Below, in pieces: positions 17,457 to 24,541 of a DNA stretch of 26,513 nucleotides (positions are counted from its first letter, which is position 1; the number at the start of each line of letters is the position of its first letter). This stretch comes from an uncultured euryarchaeote (lineage in GTDB: Archaea > Thermoplasmatota > Poseidoniia > Poseidoniales > Poseidoniaceae), in contig CALBRH010000024.1 of NCBI GenBank assembly GCA_937899865.1, positions 1 to 26,513 on the forward strand. The letters are read 5' to 3'. The translations under genes and the position numbers were made by a program. The notes beneath the pieces are model-generated. The model was not told the origin of the DNA. It made no database searches and saw nothing but the letters and a program-made list of their open reading frames with translations.

Positions 17457-18539
17457 GTGCGCATTCTCGTTTTATCACTAATGTATCCCTTGCCGACCAA
17501 TGTTGCAAGAGGTACTTTTGTTAGCGATAATGTCGAATTACTAACTTCAATCGGTCACGATGTTAAGGTGATCAATCCATTGCCAAGGATGTTAAAGTAT
17601 CAAGAAGCAAGGCGTTCAACACTTACAGGTGTTGCAAAAAGTCCCAAAAAATTCAAGCATGGGGAGATAGAAGTATTCGCACCAAGATTCTGGGGACTGC
17701 CTGGGCATCCATATCCATCAATTACGATTCGCAGCATGAAAAAAATCACTAAAAAAGTGACAGCATGGTTAGATGGTTGGCAGCCAGAAATAATTGTCTG
17801 TCATACTATTTGGCCTGTTGCAGAATTAGCCAATAGGTTAGCTATCAAGTGGCAGATTCCTTGGTTGTCAGTAGTTCATGGTCATGATTTTGATGTCGGC
17901 TTGCAAGATTCCAACATAGGAAACCAAATCTCTAGGTTAGCCAAGCAGGCCAATCATGTAGTTACAGTTTCACAGCGACTTGCTGAAATTGCAGAAAATC
18001 ACGAGATTACCAATCACAGCGTAATTAGATGTCATACTGCAGTTGATGATGAATGGCTAACTAAGCCGAAGAACTGGCGAGGCAGATGGCGTAAAGAAAA
18101 GTTGGATATTCTATTTCCTGCAGACCCACGAAGGCCAGAAAAGAATCATTACTTAGCATTGCAAACTGGTGAAGAATTAGAAAACAGAGGCTGGATAGTT
18201 GGTATTACTACGTTAAGACAACAACCACGAACCATAGTTTGGGATCGTATGTTAGTGGCAACTGTGACATTAATCACTTCTATTCGAGAGTCAGGTCCAC
18301 TTGTGGCGAGAGAATCATTAGCATGTGGTACTCCAGTAGTTTCAGTAGATGTTGGAGATGTTAAGGAATATCTAATGGATTGCTGTTTAGTACAAGATTA
18401 TGATTCAGTAAAATTAGCAGATGCGATTGAATCAGCATTACAACAAGATTGGCAAGGCGATTTTGAATTACCTGAAACATATTCTTTTGATTATGTCAAA
18501 AATCAGTGGATCTCATTGCTTTCCAACCTCTTGGAGTGA
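17457..18539 (+). CDS. GT4-family glycosyltransferase (TuaC-like)
   Basis: GTG start after GAAGGTGG; MRILVLSLMYP..RGTFV, HGHDF, EKNH, RESGPLVARESLACGTPVVSVDVGDV (ExxxxxxxE signature). Confidence 0.85.
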   Translation: MRILVLSLMYPLPTNVARGTFVSDNVELLTSIGHDVKVINPLPRMLKYQEARRSTLTGVAKSPKKFKHGEIEVFAPRFWGLPGHPYPSITIRSMKKITKKVTAWLDGWQPEIIVCHTIWPVAELANRLAIKWQIPWLSVVHGHDFDVGLQDSNIGNQISRLAKQANHVVTVSQRLAEIAENHEITNHSVIRCHTAVDDEWLTKPKNWRGRWRKEKLDILFPADPRRPEKNHYLALQTGEELENRGWIVGITTLRQQPRTIVWDRMLVATVTLITSIRESGPLVARESLACGTPVVSVDVGDVKEYLMDCCLVQDYDSVKLADAIESALQQDWQGDFELPETYSFDYVKNQWISLLSNLLE

Positions 18540-19962
18540 ACATGAATAATACTAATCCACTAAGAGCCAGTAGAGAGTTTGTGATAAATCCAAAACAAGT
18601 TATTGATGCTAAGGCAATACTTGTGATGAACTCTGTTTTTCGTTGTCTAATGATTACCCATAGTCTTGCTAAATGAATTGAGGTTAAGAGTAAGAAAGCA
18701 GATGACAGGCTTGAAGCAATTGCAGCTCCATATAATCCTCTAGACGGAGAATGAGCCATTGTTCCGATTAATAAAAATCCAACAATTGTAGCAAAAACAA
18801 CTACTAAGCCAATGAACATAGTAAATTTCCAAGGGTTTTCCCCTGCCTGTAAAGCGGTATAACTTGGTGTTGCAAGTAGTGTTAAACACCATCCAATTAA
18901 CAAAATCATGAACAAATCTACCGCGGAAGCACCAAGACTGCCATCGGTATATTGCTCTGGAAATGCGATTGGTAGTAAGAAGTGAATTAACAACCCACCT
19001 CCAAACAAACCAACCGGCAATAGTCCGAAACAGAGATCTAGTGATTTTTCAACAGATGTGATGAATTTAGTTTCATCATTACGTCGCTGTCCAAGTATTG
19101 GCAGTAATGCTGCTCTCATAGCTTGTGGAACAACTAATCCTGCTAACCAGGCAATTTGAGCAACATGAAATAATGCCGCCTCATCAACGCCAATTGTACC
19201 AGCGACAATGAATTTCTCAATTCTGATAACATAAGGTAAAATTCCCAAAGTTATAGCAAATGGTAAGGATTGAAGAATTAATGACTTATTGTCTATCCAA
19301 CATTCTCCCAGTTCTTCCCAACTCGAGTTATTTGATGATGTCTTCAATACTTTACGAGCAAACATAAGGGCAGAAAATAATCCTATTAATGCGCCAAATA
19401 AAAATGCCAATGCATAACTTTCAACAGAATTACTACCAATATAATACAATATCAAATAACCAGACATTGTAACCAAGCGCTCAATTACCTTTGTCCAAGC
19501 CTCCATCCATGCATATCCAGCTGCTCGCAGTCCTGAACGCGGCGCATAAGAAAATATGTGAGCCAGTGCAACAAGCATACAAGTGATAATCACTGGTAAG
19601 AATGACGTCCAATCATCAACAAATATTGCTACTCCAACAAATGCTAAGATAACAAATGGCAACATACAGATTGCTTGAATCCGATAGATGCGCCAAATCG
19701 CCTCCCAAATCTTATTGACAGAATTAGCCCCATCTCGAGTAAGAATTGTTGGTAATCCAAGATCAATTATTAGGAAAGTAGTCGCAAATACATCAAGAGC
19801 GATGATGAATATACCATAATCTTCGGTAATCAATGCACGCGTTAGTACGACTTGACCTATCAAGGCAAGAAAAACTGCAATAATGTCCGCACTGATCAAC
19901 CAACTTGAATCTCTACCCATATTCAAGTCGCGACCAGTTTCACTCGCAACTGCCTCGGACAT
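18496..19962 (-). CDS. Polysaccharide flippase (Wzx/MOP superfamily)
   Basis: About 12-14 hydrophobic segments; TRALITEDYGIF, DLGLPTILTR, QSLPFAI...RIEKFIVAGTIG..AALF pattern typical of Wzx/RfbX proteins. Confidence 0.85.
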   Translation of the reverse strand: MSEAVASETGRDLNMGRDSSWLISADIIAVFLALIGQVVLTRALITEDYGIFIIALDVFATTFLIIDLGLPTILTRDGANSVNKIWEAIWRIYRIQAICMLPFVILAFVGVAIFVDDWTSFLPVIITCMLVALAHIFSYAPRSGLRAAGYAWMEAWTKVIERLVTMSGYLILYYIGSNSVESYALAFLFGALIGLFSALMFARKVLKTSSNNSSWEELGECWIDNKSLILQSLPFAITLGILPYVIRIEKFIVAGTIGVDEAALFHVAQIAWLAGLVVPQAMRAALLPILGQRRNDETKFITSVEKSLDLCFGLLPVGLFGGGLLIHFLLPIAFPEQYTDGSLGASAVDLFMILLIGWCLTLLATPSYTALQAGENPWKFTMFIGLVVVFATIVGFLLIGTMAHSPSRGLYGAAIASSLSSAFLLLTSIHLARLWVIIRQRKTEFITSIALASITCFGFITNSLLALSGLVLFMFTPRGWKAMRSTDF

Positions 19963-20049
19963 ATTACTGCCTCAACCCGTTTCATTTCAAGCATACTCTA
20001 TACCACATGTTCAAATGATGGTTTTGTAAGGCATTGTTGAGGTGCGACA

Positions 20050-20367
20050 ATGGTAGACGCTAGTTGGGTTGAATCTGAAGTTCTCAAAGCAGTACCTAAT
20101 GCTGTAGTAGAAGTAATTGATTTACATGGTTCAGGCGACCATTTCCACGTTAGAGTAATCTCGGAAGAATTTGAAGGCGTAAGACCGCTTCAGCGTCAAA
20201 AGAGAGTTCTTGCAGTAATGAAGCAACACATCCCGCACCCTGTTCATGCATTGGACCTGAAATGCATGACTCCAAAACAAGCAGAAACTGCAGGTGATAC
20301 TGCATTTGACCCGCACGGCGGTGGGCAAGGAATTCACATTAAACGAATCATGAAAAATAAGGAGTGA
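20050..20367 (+). CDS. bolA: BolA/IbaG family protein
   Basis: GSGDHFHVRVISEEFEG..LQRQKRV...HALDLKCMTP; RBS GAGGTG at 20039-20044. Confidence 0.92.
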   Translation: MVDASWVESEVLKAVPNAVVEVIDLHGSGDHFHVRVISEEFEGVRPLQRQKRVLAVMKQHIPHPVHALDLKCMTPKQAETAGDTAFDPHGGGQGIHIKRIMKNKE

Positions 20368-20372
20368 AAAAT

Positions 20373-20690
20373 ATGGAATGGACAGAAGAAGAATTGCAAG
20401 CAATAGTAGATGAACATGCATTGGTATTGTTCATGAAAGGAACACCAAATCAAGCGCAGTGTGGATTTTCCAATCGTGCTGCACAAGTTCTACAGCAACT
20501 TGGCGAGCCATTTGCTGCGGTTAATATTTTGACTGACCCAAGAGCAATTCCAGCGGTATGCGCATGGTCGGATTTCCCAACAATGCCGCAAGTTTTCGTT
20601 CACGGTGAATTGATTGGCGGCTCTGACATAGCTCTTGAAATGCTACAAGATGGTAGTTTGAGAGAAATGTTTGATGCTGGGCGTCAATAA
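20373..20690 (+). CDS. grxD: Monothiol glutaredoxin (Grx4/GrxD, CGFS)
   Basis: LFMKGTP..AQCGFS, WSDFPTMPQVFVHGELIGGSD. ATG 20373 follows RBS GGAGTGA (20361-20367), which overlaps the bolA stop. Confidence 0.93.
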   Translation: MEWTEEELQAIVDEHALVLFMKGTPNQAQCGFSNRAAQVLQQLGEPFAAVNILTDPRAIPAVCAWSDFPTMPQVFVHGELIGGSDIALEMLQDGSLREMFDAGRQ

Positions 20691-20691
20691 G

Positions 20692-21462
20692 TCAAACAGC
20701 TTGATTCCCATCTTCAAGATAATCAAGTTCAGGTAGAAATTTTTCAAATAATGCCCTAACTTCTCGTAATCCGAGATTTTTATTATGACCCTTTGTCGGC
20801 ACTATTTCCAAATGAAAATTTGCATTAATTTCAGTTAATGTCTTTACAAAAGTCATTGCTTGTTGATCTAAATAGTCCCTTTGACCGAAGCGATTTTCAC
20901 AAATGAAAAACAGAGGGCACTCATCATTTTGCGATTTGACAAAGAGATTAAGATCATTATACTCTTCTTTAGGTGATTGCCCAAGAGCAGCTTCAAAGTA
21001 TTTTTTCATACCCAGTTCACTATAGGTTGAACCAAGTAATTTAATCTGAGGAACATTCGCATATATGGCCTTAGCCTCCAACCTAAATCCATTCAATATG
21101 GCGCCATAACCACCCATACTAGATCCATAAATACACAGAACAATATCTTCTTTGGAATTGAGTAATTTTTTTGATTCTATTATTACACTTTCAAGGAGAT
21201 CGCTAGTCGAAAGATCACCATTTTCACCTATCCACCAAGATCCTTTTTTATCCAAACCAAAATTATCTATCGGAGCGATTACATTCCAATTTTGTTCAGC
21301 ATAAAATGTAGGTCTAGAGGTAGTTCCATGCCCATGTAGAATTAGAAATATTGGTGCTGATTCCGGATTTATCTTGGCTGGACTAAGCCTAAACCACATT
21401 TTTTTACCAATATCATTTGAAACTGAATGAACTTTAGGGTCTTTTTTCCATTCTTCAGACAT
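20692..21462 (-). CDS. Alpha/beta-hydrolase-fold protein (putative esterase or acyltransferase) in a glycan locus
   Basis: ILHGHG oxyanion-like loop, IYGSSMGGYGA nucleophile elbow, ANVPQ, C-terminal KGHN His; starts 4 nt downstream of the dehydrogenase stop. Confidence 0.75.
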   Translation of the reverse strand: MSEEWKKDPKVHSVSNDIGKKMWFRLSPAKINPESAPIFLILHGHGTTSRPTFYAEQNWNVIAPIDNFGLDKKGSWWIGENGDLSTSDLLESVIIESKKLLNSKEDIVLCIYGSSMGGYGAILNGFRLEAKAIYANVPQIKLLGSTYSELGMKKYFEAALGQSPKEEYNDLNLFVKSQNDECPLFFICENRFGQRDYLDQQAMTFVKTLTEINANFHLEIVPTKGHNKNLGLREVRALFEKFLPELDYLEDGNQAV

Positions 21463-21466
21463 CTAA

Positions 21467-22816
21467 TCACACCGGTTTGCCAACAGCATAGGTTTGCCAA
21501 CCTGATTTTTGCAACGAGTCTAAGTCAAGAACTCGTCTTCCATCATAAACAAGTGGAGTTCGCATTTGCCCAAGCAACTTATTCCAATCAAGGTTCAAGC
21601 AAGCTTTGTGTGCAGTAACCAAGACTGCAATATCATAGCCCTTAGCATCTTCAATGTTTGAAATTACTTCCACTCCTTCTGGATATTCACCAAAATCGAT
21701 GTGAGGGTCCCATGTTGCAACTTTGATTCCCTTTGACATCAATGTTTCAGCCAACGGTTCAGCAGGAGTTTCTCTTGGGTCACCAACCTCTGCTTTGTAA
21801 GACCAGCCAAGTAAGAGTACCCTCGCATCACCAGCAGGAACTTCAGCATTCCACATCAAATCACTAAGCACGCCGGCGACATGACTTGGCATTGAGCGAT
21901 TAACTGCTCTGGCTGCGGTAATTAGACCAGCAGGAACCCCAACATCAGCAGCTCTTTGAATCATGTAATATGGATCAACAGGTATACAATGACCACCAAC
22001 TCCTACTCCAGGTGTGTAGCGATGAAAATTCCATTTTGTCGCCGCAGCAGATAGTACATCTTCTACATCAACATCCAATGCAGGGAAGATTCTAGCGAGT
22101 TCATTTACCAATGCAATATTGATGTCTCTTTGGACATTTTCGATGACTTTTGCCGCCTCAGCGACTTCTAATTTGCCGACATACCGAACATCTTCGCTGG
22201 TTAATTTGCTGTAAAGAGCGACAAGGCCTTCGCCTACTTCTGGATTTGAGCAACCAATAACTCTCGCAACTTGTCTAACTCCGTGAGCAGAATCTCCAGG
22301 GTTGAATCTTTCAGGACAATAAGCGATTTCAACATCCTCGCCAATAACCAACCCCAATTCTTCGATAATTGGCAGCCAAGTTTGCGCAGTAACTCCCGGG
22401 TAAACGGTTGACTCAAGCACAACAATTGTTCTTGAACCCTTTGTAATTGATTTGAAAACGTCTCTACCTGCTGCCTCAACATAAGACAAATCAGGCTTCA
22501 AATCATGAGTGATTGGTGTAGGTACGGTAACCAAAACCACATCGCAGTTTGGTACAGCTTCGGCTGCAGAAGTGGAAATATGCCATCTTTCTGTACCTGG
22601 CTGAGGTACAATATCGTCAACATCAGGGTCGCCAGTTGGGTTTTTGCCTTGCAAAACCATGTCAACTGTACGCTGTGAAACATCTACTCCCCAAACGGTA
22701 AAACCAGCGTCATGAAAGCCTATTGCTGTAGGTAATCCAACGTATCCAAGGCCGATTATTCCAACGGTAAGACTACCATCTTTAGCCAAATCGGCAAAGT
22801 TAGAAACCCACCCCAT
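21467..22816 (-). CDS. Nucleotide-sugar 6-dehydrogenase (WecC/WbpA/WbpO-type UDP-N-acetylhexosamine dehydrogenase)
   Basis: GLGYVGLP Rossmann motif, VPTP, ESTVYPG, CPERFNPG, KVIENVQRDINIALVNE, GVGGHCIPVDPYY, YKAEVGDPRETP. Confidence 0.93.
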   Translation of the reverse strand: MGWVSNFADLAKDGSLTVGIIGLGYVGLPTAIGFHDAGFTVWGVDVSQRTVDMVLQGKNPTGDPDVDDIVPQPGTERWHISTSAAEAVPNCDVVLVTVPTPITHDLKPDLSYVEAAGRDVFKSITKGSRTIVVLESTVYPGVTAQTWLPIIEELGLVIGEDVEIAYCPERFNPGDSAHGVRQVARVIGCSNPEVGEGLVALYSKLTSEDVRYVGKLEVAEAAKVIENVQRDINIALVNELARIFPALDVDVEDVLSAAATKWNFHRYTPGVGVGGHCIPVDPYYMIQRAADVGVPAGLITAARAVNRSMPSHVAGVLSDLMWNAEVPAGDARVLLLGWSYKAEVGDPRETPAEPLAETLMSKGIKVATWDPHIDFGEYPEGVEVISNIEDAKGYDIAVLVTAHKACLNLDWNKLLGQMRTPLVYDGRRVLDLDSLQKSGWQTYAVGKPV

Positions 22817-22824
22817 GTAAAAAC

Positions 22825-22840
22825 GCTAAGATAACTTAGC
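22825..22840. promoter_or_regulatory. Perfect 6-bp inverted repeat GCTAAG-ATAA-CTTAGC just upstream of the dehydrogenase start (candidate operator)
   Basis: Directly visible palindrome 8 nt from ATG 22816 in the divergent dehydrogenase/wzm intergenic region. Confidence 0.35.
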
Positions 22841-22945
22841 ATTCAATATAACGGTAGATTTGCAATAACAATTTTTTGTCAAAACCCTACATAAGTAGAA
22901 CAAATCATCGGTTTGATTCAATAATGAAATCACCTCCGACTAAAT

Positions 22946-23803
22946 ATGGGAATGGGGGGTGCTGGAGTTTTCGAATTGCATGCAAAGCGACCATTCTTAT
23001 CAGCACCGTTCGTAATGTTTTCAAATTTGAAAAATAATTTTCAAATGCTTAGACATTTTATTTCTAGGGATCTTAAAGTAAGATATCATAACTCATTTAT
23101 TGGATATGGCTGGTCTTTATTAGAACCACTTGCATTAACAATCACATTCTATATTCTATTCGCAATTCTATCTGATGATAAAGACCCATATCGTCCGTTA
23201 ACAATCTTATTGGGAATATTAGCATGGTCACTATTCGCTCGAACACTTACATCCGGTACAGTTAGTCTGCAAAGGAATTCATCTATGATAAAGCGTGTAT
23301 ATTTCCCTCGAGAAATGTTTATGTTTTCCAAATGTGGCTATCAACTCATACAAATCTCTCTAAGTTTATTTGTTATTATTCCGTTATTGTGGAATTATGA
23401 TTTAATGCCAACAATAAATATTCTCTTGCTCCCCATAGGATTAATTCTAATTGCTATGTTAGCTCTCAGTTTAGCATTTTTTACCAGTATTTTGCAAACC
23501 AAAGCAAGAGATATGGAGCACTTAGTTACAGTTGGTGTTAGAATTAGTTTTTATTTAACTCCAGTATTTTACCCACTAAATATGATTACTGGGGGAAGAA
23601 TCCCGACACAATATGCTGATCTCTATCTATACCTGAATCCAATGGCGACTTACATAACTATGATTCGTTCAGCATTTACGGGTGATGAATTAGGTATCCC
23701 TCAACACAATCTAATTTTCACTATATCTGCAACAGTAATTCTATTTTGGATTGGCTCAATTTACTTCATGAGGAACGAGAGAAGGGCGGTGAAAAATCTA
23801 TGA
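22946..23803 (+). CDS. wzm: ABC transporter permease, polysaccharide/polyol-phosphate export (Wzm/TagG-like)
   Basis: RDLKVRYHNSFIGYGWSLLEPL, IKRVYFPRE, RDMEHLV, FYLTPVFYP, LNPMA. Alternative starts at 23015 or 23045. Confidence 0.92.
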   Translation: MGMGGAGVFELHAKRPFLSAPFVMFSNLKNNFQMLRHFISRDLKVRYHNSFIGYGWSLLEPLALTITFYILFAILSDDKDPYRPLTILLGILAWSLFARTLTSGTVSLQRNSSMIKRVYFPREMFMFSKCGYQLIQISLSLFVIIPLLWNYDLMPTINILLLPIGLILIAMLALSLAFFTSILQTKARDMEHLVTVGVRISFYLTPVFYPLNMITGGRIPTQYADLYLYLNPMATYITMIRSAFTGDELGIPQHNLIFTISATVILFWIGSIYFMRNERRAVKNL

Positions 23804-24537
23804 CCAAAGATATAGCAATCTCTCTCAAAGACATCTCTCTTTTGTATCCTAAAAATAACAAAGGTATTGGCTCAATAAGGGAATTAATTACCGGGCGAAT
23901 GAAAAAACAAGATAGTAGAATGTTTACTGCTCTTAGTGAGATTAATCTAGAGATTAGTAAAGGAAGTGTTGTAGGAATTATTGGTCCAAACGGCTCTGGA
24001 AAAAGTACTCTATTACGAGTTATTGCAGGAATTTATGCTCCAGATACAGGTGCTATACAAGTTCAAGGTCGACCTACATTACTTGTAAGCGTAGGAACAG
24101 GTTTCCAACAAGATTTAACTGGTAGAGAAAATATCTATCTTACCGGAAGTATCTATGGTTTTTCAATGAAAGAGATGAAGGCAATAGAACAAGATATTAT
24201 TGAATTTTCAGGAATTGGAGACTTCATTAATGACCCAATGAGGACATATTCAGCAGGAATGAGAGCAAGATTAGGATTTTCTATTATTTCCAATTTAAAG
24301 CCTGAGATTTTACTTTTGGATGAAGTAATGAGCGTTGGAGATTACGAATTTAGGAAAAAATCGAGAGCCAGAATCGATGAAATGGTTCAAAGTGATGCAA
24401 CAGTTGTAATTGTGTCTCATTCAAAAACCATTCTAACAAGTATTTGCGACAAGGTCTATGCCTTATCTTCCGGTAAGATTGTTACAAGTGGAGATGTCGA
24501 TGAAGCATTCGAATTTTATGAATCTGACAAGGAGTGA
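23800..24537 (+). CDS. wzt: ABC transporter ATP-binding subunit, polysaccharide export (Wzt/TagH-like, no C-terminal carbohydrate-binding domain)
   Basis: GPNGSGKST, LTGRENI, YSAGMRARL, ILLLDE, VSHS. ATG 23800 overlaps the wzm stop (ATGA) and is preferred over the track start at 23746. Confidence 0.93.
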   Translation: MTKDIAISLKDISLLYPKNNKGIGSIRELITGRMKKQDSRMFTALSEINLEISKGSVVGIIGPNGSGKSTLLRVIAGIYAPDTGAIQVQGRPTLLVSVGTGFQQDLTGRENIYLTGSIYGFSMKEMKAIEQDIIEFSGIGDFINDPMRTYSAGMRARLGFSIISNLKPEILLLDEVMSVGDYEFRKKSRARIDEMVQSDATVVIVSHSKTILTSICDKVYALSSGKIVTSGDVDEAFEFYESDKE

Positions 24538-24541
24538 TTGA

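Noticed and set aside
22929-22937. ATCACCTCC matches the 16S rRNA 3' end
   Set aside because: Only 9 nt, with no flanking rRNA sequence; better read as an RBS-like motif on the minus strand.
23746-23799. Upstream start for wzt in the ORF track
   Set aside because: Overlaps wzm by 58 nt; ATG 23800 gives a canonical ATGA coupling with an upstream GGTGA.
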